The notes beneath the pieces were generated by a model. That model was not told the origin of the DNA. It worked only from the letters and a program-made list of their open reading frames with translations, and did not search any database. A program made the translations under genes and the position numbers. From Candidatus Parcubacteria bacterium (GTDB taxonomy: Bacteria; Patescibacteriota; Minisyncoccia; SW-4-49-11), in contig JBEAQD010000045.1 in NCBI GenBank assembly GCA_041164045.1, forward strand, positions 1-44,863: DNA of 44,863 nt, written 5' to 3'. Shown piece after piece: positions 19,284 to 28,342 of the stretch; within the stretch, counting starts at the first letter, position 1, and each line of letters opens with the position of its first letter.

Positions 19284-19929
19284 TAGTAGAATGTCCTAAG
19301 GTAAAAGTATCATATATAAAAACATAAAATCTAAACCCTAATACAAATAATCCAAAACTAAATAAAACTAGCGATAATGGAGGGAATATTATATCGGAGT
19401 CGATATATTCTTGCCAAACTGTTAATTTTGCTAAATATATGTGCATAGTGGCTAAAATAAAAGCACTATAACTTATATATCTAATTAACCTTCTCCATTT
19501 TTTTGGTCCTAAGGTTTTGATAACTATAATTTCAGAAATAGCATAACAAATATAAAATAAATATAAAGCTAATATCCCCAAAGCCACTGCCCAGTAATTA
19601 TTAACTAGAATATCTGGATTGGGAAACACATATATAATTGTACCAACTACTCCATGAATCAAAGCATACATAAATCCAACTATACCTAATTGCTTACGAT
19701 AAGTTAAAAACTGGTCAAAATAATTCCAAAATTTTCCCAAAGGACCTAGTATAAGTGAGAAGCCTATTAATAAGTATCCTGTATTAGTAAATCCTTTTAA
19801 CACCATCTCTACTACTGAGACGGATTCGTAAACCGTCCCTACATAATAAACTGAAAAAAATGGAATAGTGGTGAGACTAAACAGAATAATATTTTTCCAA
19901 GGATTTCTTTTTTTGATTATATTGGGCAT
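19243..19929 (-). CDS. Polytopic membrane protein, ferric-reductase-like / MsrQ(YedZ)-like transmembrane domain
   Basis: About 6 TM helices. His residues lie within helices (YRKQLGIVGFMYALIHGVVG, ILATMHIYL), as in YedZ-type heme-binding proteins. The assignment is tentative. The 3' end overlaps the miaA 3' end convergently by 41 nt. Confidence 0.5.
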   Translation of the reverse strand: MPNIIKKRNPWKNIILFSLTTIPFFSVYYVGTVYESVSVVEMVLKGFTNTGYLLIGFSLILGPLGKFWNYFDQFLTYRKQLGIVGFMYALIHGVVGTIIYVFPNPDILVNNYWAVALGILALYLFYICYAISEIIVIKTLGPKKWRRLIRYISYSAFILATMHIYLAKLTVWQEYIDSDIIFPPLSLVLFSFGLFVLGFRFYVFIYDTFTLGHSTIKTLVSESQQSKD

Positions 19930-19931
19930 AT

Positions 19932-21020
19932 TTATTTGAGGATAATATTTTTAGTTTTTTCTATTGTATCTTTGAAATCAAATTTTTGAGCATATTCTTG
20001 ACGAGCTTGTATATCTGATTTGGTTTTATCTTTTTGTAGAGCTGCAATCATGGCTTTTGCCCAAGCTTTGATATTATCTACCTCTACATATTCTATCATA
20101 GAATCTCCTACTTCTCTAGAACTTGGGATGTCTGAGGAAATTACTGGAACTCCTTGTTGTAAAGCTTCTAAAATTGGGAATCCAAATCCTTCATAAAATG
20201 ATGGGTATAGCACTGCTCTAGTATGCTTATATAGTGTTATTTTCTCCAAATTATTGACTCGGCTCAGATCAATAATATCTTTTTTATATTCAGATTTTTT
20301 AATAGCTTTTGCAATATCTTGATAGCCATACCCTGGACTACCTGCTAGAACTAGTTTCAAATCTGGTTGGCTTAATTTGACCAAATCAAAGGCTTCTATT
20401 ACAGTAAGTAAATTTTTTCTTAGTTCTTTGCGACCAATGAATAAAAAGTATTCTGAGGACTTGAGGTCTTGAATTGTTGACTTAATTGTATCTTGTTTAT
20501 CTATTGCGGAATTCGGAATTCCTGATGGGATAACTTTGATTTTATCTGGATTGATTTCATATTCACTGGACAAATCGTCTTTGGTAGATTGACTTGGGGT
20601 AATAATAGTAGATGCCCATATGGCTGATAACTTTGTAAAAATAGCTAAATGCCAAAATCTAAATAAAGAATAGGCTTGAGGGAAGGCTTCATATTCTAGA
20701 CCATGTATTACAATAATACTCTTTTTGGGGTGAATTGGAGGGATAATGCTAGCAGGAGTATAGAATCTATCTGATTTATCTCTAAGTAAAGCCACGGATA
20801 AACCCCATAATGTCCATAAAAACTTATTTTTTATAATATGGTTTTGAGTATTAGGATGCAGACTTAAAACTGATTGGGCTAAGGGTTTATGGGAATATAA
20901 AATAATTTGGTAGTTGTCTGGAATTGATTGTAATAAACCTAAAATTAAATCTTGAGCATAATATTCGGTACCAGTTTTGTTTTTTACTTCTAATTTGGAA
21001 GCATCGATGGCTATTTTCAT
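19932..21020 (-). CDS. Family 1 (GT4-type) glycosyltransferase
   Basis: The C-terminal EGFGFPILEALQQGVPVISSDIPSSREV matches the E-x7-E motif region. Confidence 0.85.
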   Translation of the reverse strand: MKIAIDASKLEVKNKTGTEYYAQDLILGLLQSIPDNYQIILYSHKPLAQSVLSLHPNTQNHIIKNKFLWTLWGLSVALLRDKSDRFYTPASIIPPIHPKKSIIVIHGLEYEAFPQAYSLFRFWHLAIFTKLSAIWASTIITPSQSTKDDLSSEYEINPDKIKVIPSGIPNSAIDKQDTIKSTIQDLKSSEYFLFIGRKELRKNLLTVIEAFDLVKLSQPDLKLVLAGSPGYGYQDIAKAIKKSEYKKDIIDLSRVNNLEKITLYKHTRAVLYPSFYEGFGFPILEALQQGVPVISSDIPSSREVGDSMIEYVEVDNIKAWAKAMIAALQKDKTKSDIQARQEYAQKFDFKDTIEKTKNIILK

Positions 21021-21039
21021 ATTTTAGAATTTATTATTT

Positions 21040-22041
21040 TTATCTCTGATAGCCTAATACTCGCTTGTATTTATCTAGGCTATCTAACATTATACCTGTT
21101 CCTTTGGCTACACAATATAATGGATCCTCAGCAATAGTACAAGGCACTCCAGTGGATTTAGAAATTAACTCGGCTATATTTTTGAGTAAGGCTCCTCCAC
21201 CTGTAATTACAATTCCCTTTTCGATGATATCACTAGCAAGTTCTGGAGGAGTTTCTTGTAATACATTTTTGACTGTCTGAATAATTTCTCTTAATTCTGC
21301 CTGCATTGCAACTGTCACCTCTTCTGAAGTAACTGTTACATTTTTAGGAAGTCCAGTCAAGACATCTCTTCCCCTAATATCCATAGTATCGGTTTCAATT
21401 GGAAGAGCGGAGCCTAATTGTTTTTTTATATCTTCAGCGGTTTGCTCTCCAATAGCGAGACTATATTTTTTCTTAATATGAGTCACAATTGCTTCAGTCA
21501 ACTTATCTCCTGCCACTCTAGCTGAGGCAAACGCTACGATTCCTCCAAGAGAAATTACTCCTACTTCTGTTGTTCCACCACCGATATCAATCACCATACT
21601 ACCCGATGGAATATCAATTGGAATCCCAGCTCCTAGAGCTGCTAAAATTGGTTCTTTGACCACATAAGCATTCTTGGCCCCAACATTGAGAGCAACTTCA
21701 ATGACGGCTCTTTTTTCGGTAGAAGTAATGGAAGCTGGTACAGAGATAATACAATCTGGGCGAAAAATTCTAATTCTACTACTCACCTTTTGAATCAAGT
21801 AAGCAATCAAGGCCTCAGTCATACGATAATCTGCAATCACTCCATCTCGAATTGGACGGACTGCTCTGATACCGTCTGGAGTTCGGCCAATCATTTCTTT
21901 AGCTTGATTTCCAACTGCTAAAATAGAGTTTGTATACAAATCTACCGCTACTACTGAAGGCTCATCAACTACAATACCCTTATTGGGTAAAAATACCAAT
22001 ACATTTGCTGTGCCTAAATCTATACCTATTCTTTTTGACAT
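21040..22041 (-). CDS. mreB: Rod shape-determining protein MreB
   Basis: Contains IGIDLGTANVLV, DIGGGTTEV and ITGGGALL. Size is 333 aa. Confidence 0.92.
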   Translation of the reverse strand: MSKRIGIDLGTANVLVFLPNKGIVVDEPSVVAVDLYTNSILAVGNQAKEMIGRTPDGIRAVRPIRDGVIADYRMTEALIAYLIQKVSSRIRIFRPDCIISVPASITSTEKRAVIEVALNVGAKNAYVVKEPILAALGAGIPIDIPSGSMVIDIGGGTTEVGVISLGGIVAFASARVAGDKLTEAIVTHIKKKYSLAIGEQTAEDIKKQLGSALPIETDTMDIRGRDVLTGLPKNVTVTSEEVTVAMQAELREIIQTVKNVLQETPPELASDIIEKGIVITGGGALLKNIAELISKSTGVPCTIAEDPLYCVAKGTGIMLDSLDKYKRVLGYQR

Positions 22042-22066
22042 ATCACATCTTAACTACCTTTATTTT

Positions 22067-22075
22067 ATTATATCA
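22067..22075 (-). promoter_or_regulatory. Extended -10 (TGATATAAT) for mreB
   Basis: The reverse complement of ATTATATCA at 22067-22075 is TGATATAAT, 25 nt upstream of the mreB ATG. Confidence 0.6.
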
Positions 22076-22078
22076 TCT

Positions 22079-23581
22079 TTATCCTAATTTGACTCCCTGT
22101 TTTCGTAAATCATTCCTTATGGCTCTAGCAGCTGAACCAGTTCTTACCATATTAAGCCAATCTCGGTGTGGCTTTTGTTTTTTATCTGTGATAATTTCAA
22201 CCACATCTCCATTATTAAGACTCTCTGATAGTTTGACTGGACTACCATTAACTTTAGCTAACACTGCATGCTTCCCAATAGCTTGATGTATTCTAAAAGC
22301 AAAATCAAGAGCGGTGGAGCCGTGCAAAAGTCTAATCGCATCTCCTTTTGGAGTCATTACAAAAATTTGATCTTGGAATAAATCCAATTTTACATGTTGC
22401 AAATATTCTTCTTCTGACAAAGGCTCTTTACCTAAATTTACTAAATCTTGAATCCATTTGAAACGGTCAGTGTCAATAAAAGAATGTCTTTCTATACTAG
22501 ATTTTTGTTTATATGCCCAATGAGAAGCTACTCCATATTCACAGTATTCATGGATTTCTTCTGTTCTAATTTGTATCTCAAAAATAGTCCCTGTCTCTAC
22601 ATCTTTGACTGTATTATGAATACTCTGATACCCATTATCCTTGGGGCTTGCAATATAGTCTTTGACTCGATTAGGTAGTGGCTCAAAGTATGATTGGATC
22701 ACTGCAAAGACCTGATAACAAGTAGCAAGGTCTGGAGTGATGATGCGAAGAGCTATCAAATCATATACCTTATCAATGGTCTTACCTTCACCCAATTTTT
22801 TATATAAAGAATAATATTTTTTAGCTCTACCATATAATCGTCCATAATTTATTTTTTCAGCTTCTAGGATAGTTTTTAGATTATTTTCGATTTTAGTTAA
22901 AATTTCTTGTCTAGTTGTGTAAGCTTGTTTGACTTGAGAGACTAAAGATTTATATTCATTTGGATAAGCATAAGGAAAACTTAAATTTTCTAATCTTTCT
23001 TGTAATTTTCCCATACCTAGCCTCTGTGCAATTGGAGCATAAATTTCCAAACTCTCGAGAGCAATTCTTTGTGCTTTTTCTGGAGGTAAAGCATCTAGAG
23101 TTTCTAAATTATGTAATCTATCTGCTAATTTGATAAAGATAACTCTAATATCTCGGCTCATCGCTACAAACATTCGTCTCAAATTCTCAGCATATCTATC
23201 CTCACCCTTATATTTGATCACCGATAATTTGGTCACTCCTGAAATCAAGAATATCACCTCTCGACTAAAAACTTTAGATAATTGACCTAATCCAATTTCA
23301 GTATCTTCTGGCACATCGTGCAGTAACATTGCAATCAAAGTGTCCCTGTCTAATTGCATCTCAGCTAGAATGATACAGGCTGAAACTGGGTGAATAATAT
23401 AAAAATCTCCACTTTTTCGTCTTTGATCACTATGAGCTTCGACCATTTGCATAAAAGCTATCTCTACCAGCTCTAAATCAGACTGAGATAAGTATGCTAG
23501 ATATGGGAGCAAAACTTGCCAAAGCTGTTGACTGGCTAATTCTAAATTATCTGTACTAACTAATTCTATTTTAAAACTCAT
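22079..23581 (-). CDS. rel: RelA/SpoT homolog: (p)ppGpp hydrolase (HD) + synthetase + TGS domains, short form
   Basis: Contains the HD motif HDVPEDT, a synthetase region (YGRAKKYYSLYKK...DLIALRIIT...GYQSIHNTV...EIQIRT) and a C-terminal TGS domain (IFVMTPKGD...GDVVEIIT). At 500 aa it has no room for the usual C-terminal ACT/RRM region. Confidence 0.88.
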   Translation of the reverse strand: MSFKIELVSTDNLELASQQLWQVLLPYLAYLSQSDLELVEIAFMQMVEAHSDQRRKSGDFYIIHPVSACIILAEMQLDRDTLIAMLLHDVPEDTEIGLGQLSKVFSREVIFLISGVTKLSVIKYKGEDRYAENLRRMFVAMSRDIRVIFIKLADRLHNLETLDALPPEKAQRIALESLEIYAPIAQRLGMGKLQERLENLSFPYAYPNEYKSLVSQVKQAYTTRQEILTKIENNLKTILEAEKINYGRLYGRAKKYYSLYKKLGEGKTIDKVYDLIALRIITPDLATCYQVFAVIQSYFEPLPNRVKDYIASPKDNGYQSIHNTVKDVETGTIFEIQIRTEEIHEYCEYGVASHWAYKQKSSIERHSFIDTDRFKWIQDLVNLGKEPLSEEEYLQHVKLDLFQDQIFVMTPKGDAIRLLHGSTALDFAFRIHQAIGKHAVLAKVNGSPVKLSESLNNGDVVEIITDKKQKPHRDWLNMVRTGSAARAIRNDLRKQGVKLG

Positions 23582-23597
23582 ACTGCAATAGACTTAA

Positions 23598-24872
23598 TCA
23601 TTCTATTCTAATAATATCAAACCCCAATTGAGACAATCTCTCTTCAATTTTTTCATAACCTCTATCAATATGATGAATATTATCAATTAAACTATCTCGC
23701 TCTGAGATTAAAGCTGCTAACAAAAAGGTCATTCCTGCTCTAATATCTGGGCTTTCGATTTTCTTACCATATAATTTAGTTGGGCCATTAACTACTACCC
23801 GATAAGGGTCACACATAATAATATTAGCTCCCATTTGATTGAGGATATCTGTATAGAATAATCTGCCATCAAAAATAGTCTCCTGTACTACTGATGTACC
23901 CTCAGCTTGAGTTAATAAAAGAGTGAATGGAGCTTGCAAATCAGTCACGAATCCTGGATATTCATGAGTTTTGACTTGTAAGCCCTTATAAGGTTTATTG
24001 TGTGATATAATATGTACAAAATCCTCTCCTAATTCATATTTAACTCCCACTAAGTCTAAAAACTTCCAGAATACTCGCAAGTGCCTTGGCTCAATCCCTA
24101 TCACCTTAATATCACTTCTAGTCAGAGCTCCTAGAATAGCAAAAGTTCCAGCCTCTAATCTATCGGGGATATTGGTATATTCCAAAGACTCAGAAGACAA
24201 ATTCTCTACTCCCTCAACTATAATCTCAGAAGTACCGTCCCCTGTAATTTTAGCTCCGGCTAGTCTTAACATATCACAAAGTGCTGTAATCTCTGGCTCT
24301 AGAGCTGCATTATAAATAATAGACTTACCTTGAGCTTTGACAGCCGCCATAATAAGATGCTCTGTAGCAGTGTGTGAAATCCACTTAAACACATATTCTA
24401 TCCCTTGAAGAGATCTATTTGGTAATCTAAAAATATATTGATTATTCTCCTCAATTACCTCAGCTCCCATCAAAGATAAACTCTCCAAAGTCATATCAAT
24501 AGGCCTTCTTCCAATAGCATCTCCTCCCGGATGAGGGAATACAACCTCTCCAAAACGAATTAATAAAGGAGCAATGAAAAGAAAAGAAGCTCGCATTTTA
24601 ATTGCAAGTTCTGAGGGGATAACATTCAAATTAACAGAAGTAGTATCAATACTATAAGAATGATGGGCAAATCTCTCAATCTTGGCTCCTAGAGACTCTA
24701 ATATCCGTATCATATCTCTAATATCCTCAATATCTGGAATATTATGAAGAGTTATTTTCCCATCTATCAAGAGTGTGGCTGGCAGTAATTTGATAGCTGA
24801 GTTTTTGGCTCCATAAACTGGGATTTCACCACTTTTACCAAATTGATTCCCTTTGATTGTAAATTTTGCCAT
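23598..24872 (-). CDS. murA: UDP-N-acetylglucosamine 1-carboxyvinyltransferase MurA (Asp at the catalytic Cys position)
   Basis: The sequence is EPSP-synthase/MurA-like over the full length. The active-site loop reads HPGGDAIGRRPID (residue 118 = Asp) where most MurA have GGC. Confidence 0.9.
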   Translation of the reverse strand: MAKFTIKGNQFGKSGEIPVYGAKNSAIKLLPATLLIDGKITLHNIPDIEDIRDMIRILESLGAKIERFAHHSYSIDTTSVNLNVIPSELAIKMRASFLFIAPLLIRFGEVVFPHPGGDAIGRRPIDMTLESLSLMGAEVIEENNQYIFRLPNRSLQGIEYVFKWISHTATEHLIMAAVKAQGKSIIYNAALEPEITALCDMLRLAGAKITGDGTSEIIVEGVENLSSESLEYTNIPDRLEAGTFAILGALTRSDIKVIGIEPRHLRVFWKFLDLVGVKYELGEDFVHIISHNKPYKGLQVKTHEYPGFVTDLQAPFTLLLTQAEGTSVVQETIFDGRLFYTDILNQMGANIIMCDPYRVVVNGPTKLYGKKIESPDIRAGMTFLLAALISERDSLIDNIHHIDRGYEKIEERLSQLGFDIIRIE

Positions 24873-24878
24873 ATAATT

Positions 24879-26180
24879 TTACTTTAATAATTTTAAGATT
24901 TCTTCAGTATCATTCCAATTTTCCTTTACCCCTCCTGCTCTCATAATACTAGTCTCACTGCCCTTGCCAGTAATTATAATTATGTCATCTTTTGTAGCTA
25001 AATCTAGAGCTTTTTGGAAAGCGTCTCGGCGGGATAAAATTCGCCAAGAATTCTTATTTTCTACCTTCCCAGCCTCTAGCACTCCAGAGAAAACTTCATC
25101 GATAATAGCCTGTGGACTCTCATCATAAGGATCCTCATCGGTTATGATAACATAATCATTCTTCTGTCCCGCTACCTTACCCATTGGGGATCTTTTCCAA
25201 GTATCTCTGCCACCACCACAGGAGCCCAGTATTGCAATTGTTTTACTATTCTTACTCTTAAAACTGGTATTAATAGTCTGATAAACCTTCTCTAAGGCTT
25301 CCGGAATATGGGCATAGTCAACAAATATAGTAGGGTTGGTCGCTACCTTATTCATCCTTCCGGGGATATCATTGAGATTAGATATAACCTTATTAATATT
25401 CTTATATTCATAACCTAACCAATTCACAATTCCAATCACAAATAAAAGATTATAGCCCATAAATTCGCCCAAGACTGGAGTTGTGACTTTATAATTCTCA
25501 CCAGTATTGTTATCCTGATACTTAAAATCTAGACCATTTTGGTCTGACTTTATCTCTAACATTTGTAATTTTGCTTGCTCTGATTTACCTGTAGAATAAA
25601 CTTGCTTATGAGTCAATCCTCGATAATACTCTTGATGTTCATCATCTTGATTGACCCAAGCGATAGGCTTTATAATTTTAGAATTGATTTTTTTAGATCT
25701 AGACCTATCAAAAGATTGGAATAATAATCCCTTAGCTTTTTTATAATTATCAAAACCTCCATGAGCTTCGAGATGCTCAGGATATAAATTCGTAATTACT
25801 ACTGAATCAAAATGTATGCCCCGATGACGATTCTGAGCCAACCCCTCACTGGTCACTTCTACTATAAAGACAGTAGCACCGTTATCTTTAGCTTCTCTCA
25901 TCAAGCGATGAATTTGTCCTCTACCGGGCATAGAATTTCTAATTTTATTTTTAGACAACTCTATGCCGTTGCTAGAATAAACTGAAGAAGTAAGCCCAAC
26001 CTTTAGACCCAATTTAACTAAAGTCTGATAAAGAGCATAAACTGTACTGGTCTTGCCCTTAGTACCTGTAATTCCTATCACAATCAGAGACTCACTGGGT
26101 CTGCCAACCAGAATATTAATAGTATAATTGAATACTAAGTGATATAGAGATTTTAACTTTTTTAATATTGCTTTTAGCAT
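24879..26180 (-). CDS. Mur ligase family protein, MurE-like, with a very short N-terminal domain
   Basis: Contains the P-loop GITGTKGKTST, plus EVTSEGL, and NLYPEHLEAHG. The C-terminal domain has ITDEDPYDESPQ where mDAP-type MurE carries DNPR. Confidence 0.7.
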   Translation of the reverse strand: MLKAILKKLKSLYHLVFNYTINILVGRPSESLIVIGITGTKGKTSTVYALYQTLVKLGLKVGLTSSVYSSNGIELSKNKIRNSMPGRGQIHRLMREAKDNGATVFIVEVTSEGLAQNRHRGIHFDSVVITNLYPEHLEAHGGFDNYKKAKGLLFQSFDRSRSKKINSKIIKPIAWVNQDDEHQEYYRGLTHKQVYSTGKSEQAKLQMLEIKSDQNGLDFKYQDNNTGENYKVTTPVLGEFMGYNLLFVIGIVNWLGYEYKNINKVISNLNDIPGRMNKVATNPTIFVDYAHIPEALEKVYQTINTSFKSKNSKTIAILGSCGGGRDTWKRSPMGKVAGQKNDYVIITDEDPYDESPQAIIDEVFSGVLEAGKVENKNSWRILSRRDAFQKALDLATKDDIIIITGKGSETSIMRAGGVKENWNDTEEILKLLK

Positions 26181-26189
26181 ATTAAGTTA

Positions 26190-26852
26190 TTAGTTTTGAA
26201 TTTGAGACAGTAGTTCTTGATAAACTTGAGCTGGATTATCTGACGTAAAGATAGAACTACCAACAGCGATTCTACTCACTCCTAAGTCTCTGAGAGTCTT
26301 AATATTATCAATATTCACAGCTCCGTCCCAAGCTATGTCACCTTCATACATAGTATAACGATTCCTAAACTCTGTGACCTTTTCATATACTTGAGTTTGT
26401 AGTGGAGACCCATAAAACCCAGGATTTACTCCCATAAATTGGACTCCGTCAATTTTTTTGACCACCTTTCCAATATCTCTAATATCTGTATCTGGATTAA
26501 TAGCAATCGATACCTCTTTATTAATAGACTTAATCAAATTAACCAATTGCCGAAGCTGTTCTAAATTCTCACAAATTTCCTGATGCACTATAATTCTAGT
26601 ACAAGCCTTGAGGGACTTTAGACTCTCAATAATCTCTCTTGTATTATTGAAAGTCGCCATAATATGAATCTCTACCTTTAGACTACCAAAGTCTTCATAA
26701 AAAAATTCTCTTGGCATCAAAGATTTAGATGCTACAAATTCTCCATCCATAATATCAATTTGGATAGTAGTAGCTACTGATTGTATAGATGATAAATACT
26801 CTCTAAATTCTTGTTTGGAATTAGTCAAAATAGCTGGGATAACAATACTCAT
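26190..26852 (-). CDS. rpe: Ribulose-phosphate 3-epimerase family protein
   Basis: Contains IQIDIMDGEFV, MGVNPGFYGSP and a TIM-barrel-sized length (220 aa). Confidence 0.75.
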   Translation of the reverse strand: MSIVIPAILTNSKQEFREYLSSIQSVATTIQIDIMDGEFVASKSLMPREFFYEDFGSLKVEIHIMATFNNTREIIESLKSLKACTRIIVHQEICENLEQLRQLVNLIKSINKEVSIAINPDTDIRDIGKVVKKIDGVQFMGVNPGFYGSPLQTQVYEKVTEFRNRYTMYEGDIAWDGAVNIDNIKTLRDLGVSRIAVGSSIFTSDNPAQVYQELLSQIQN

Positions 26853-26876
26853 AGATTATAGTTTAAATTTAATGTT

Positions 26877-26885
26877 ATTATAGCA
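26877..26885 (-). promoter_or_regulatory. Extended -10 (TGCTATAAT) for the rpe-mur string
   Basis: The reverse complement of ATTATAGCA at 26877-26885 is TGCTATAAT, 24 nt upstream of the ATG at 26852. Confidence 0.6.
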
Positions 26886-26927
26886 TATTTTGAGAAATAT
26901 TTGAATTATAAATTATGAATAATATCA

Positions 26928-27102
26928 TTCCTTCGTAGCGGAGGCTTTTAGTCCCTCCCATACCTTGTGTTTGGGAGGGAGTGGACACACTTTTCCGTAG
27001 AGTCGACGACCCCGCCGACATAGTTTTTTCGTAGGTACTTAAAGCCCTACGAATACAAAAACAATTTATAATTCTTAACTTTTAATTTCTCATTCTTAAT
27101 TG
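26928..27102. repeat. GC-rich hairpin-dense intergenic island C, directly 3' of the LamG-pilin gene
   Basis: TTCGTAGCGGAGG at 26932-26944 is identical to 33278-33290. A 9-bp stem pairs TCCCTCCCA (26952-26960) with TGGGAGGGA (26972-26980). An 8-bp stem pairs TTCGTAGG (27028-27035) with CCTACGAA (27046-27053). CTACGAATACAAAAA at 27047-27061 is identical to 16150-16164 and is followed by ATAATTCTTAA. Confidence 0.55.
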
Positions 27103-27110
27103 CATCTCCC

Positions 27111-28328
27111 CTACAAATCAAATCTTCCTCTGGTGGCATTGAAGTTTTGTTGTACTTCTTCGGGGGTGAGTGCCTTATTGGTATATATATGTATACTTCC
27201 ATATAAACCTTTAAACATACCTGTATTATCTGCACCTGGATTTTGTTGCCCTAAAAATATAAAATTGTTTGTATTACTAGAGCTATATACTACATTAACT
27301 TGTTCTGAATTTAAATTTCCATTAATATAAAGTCTTTGATAAGCATTAGCAGTGATAGAGTTGTAAGAAAATATCAAACAAACATAATACCATTGTGAGT
27401 TAATATACGTTGATGTTGCATTTAAGTATTGGTTATTCCAGAATTTACCTCTAAATATAGATGAAGATACTGCTATAGGAGGCATATTCCAACTAGACTG
27501 AGGATTTTGGCTAGACATTGACAAAACATTTCCATTAGTATCATCAGGATTTATCCATAAACAATATGATTGTGATGATATCTGGTTACCCGTATTAGAT
27601 ACTCTTGTAGTAACAACATAATCATCAACTCCATCAAAAACTAAACTCCCTCCATTAGCACTATTATAGCCTACTCCGTTTATCAGAGTTCCATTGTTAT
27701 TGTTACCACTTAGATCAGTCCAAGTTATACCTGTTCCAGGGTAGCTATTTGGATTACCTGCATCAAGATGTAAGACTAAGCCATTAGTGACTATAGGTGT
27801 TGGTGGAGGTGGAGTAACCGGCACAGTAGATGCAAGTGGAGTATTAGATACAGTCGTAGGCTCGGCTGGGAGTGGATCATTAATGTTCATAATTAAGCCT
27901 CCTTCTGCTTGCAGAGCTCTGACGCTAATTGTATTAGTAGCTTCATCCACAGCCACACTGTAGCCTGCACCTTCAGTAGTATCAGTATCATTAGGATCTT
28001 GTGGGATCGCCTGTAGATAATTTGGGACTAGAAACTGTTTGAGGTCGAAAAATCCTATACAGTCTGTAGCCTCTGGATCACAAATTTCCTGATAATTACG
28101 GCTCAAACCTGTGGGATAATTCCCCTCTTGTAATTTGTATTGAGTAATAGCACTTTCTAAAGTTTGGATATGGGTTGTACGAATATCATTACGAGCATCA
28201 ATAAATCTAGCTTCTGCATTGAAGGTCACTAATCCTATAGATATCAGAATTCCTATTAACACTATTACCAATAATACTTCTATTAAAGTAAAGCCTTTTT
28301 GTAATTGTTTAGTTTTTATTATGTTCAT
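27111..28328 (-). CDS. Type IV pilin-like protein fused to a LamG-like (concanavalin A-like lectin) C-terminal domain
   Basis: The prepilin motif is MNIIKTKQLQKG/FTLIEVLLVIVLIGILI. The pilin core has ITQYKLQEGNYP, C..C and LVPNYLQAIP. A Pro-rich linker (VPVTPPPPTPIV) follows. The C-terminal domain reads GLVLHLDAGN..YPGTG..WTDLSGNNNNGTL..G..GGSLVFDGVDDYV...IHIYTNKALTPEEVQQNFNATRGRFDL, typical of LamG_3-type domains. Confidence 0.88.
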   Translation of the reverse strand: MNIIKTKQLQKGFTLIEVLLVIVLIGILISIGLVTFNAEARFIDARNDIRTTHIQTLESAITQYKLQEGNYPTGLSRNYQEICDPEATDCIGFFDLKQFLVPNYLQAIPQDPNDTDTTEGAGYSVAVDEATNTISVRALQAEGGLIMNINDPLPAEPTTVSNTPLASTVPVTPPPPTPIVTNGLVLHLDAGNPNSYPGTGITWTDLSGNNNNGTLINGVGYNSANGGSLVFDGVDDYVVTTRVSNTGNQISSQSYCLWINPDDTNGNVLSMSSQNPQSSWNMPPIAVSSSIFRGKFWNNQYLNATSTYINSQWYYVCLIFSYNSITANAYQRLYINGNLNSEQVNVVYSSSNTNNFIFLGQQNPGADNTGMFKGLYGSIHIYTNKALTPEEVQQNFNATRGRFDL

Positions 28329-28342
28329 ATTGTTTTTAACAT

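Noticed and set aside
27047-27330. ORFs 27047-27235 (-) and 27100-27330 (+) at the 3' end of the LamG-pilin gene.
   Set aside because: They overlap island C or the motif-supported pilin frame. Their sequences are low-complexity and have no recognisable features.
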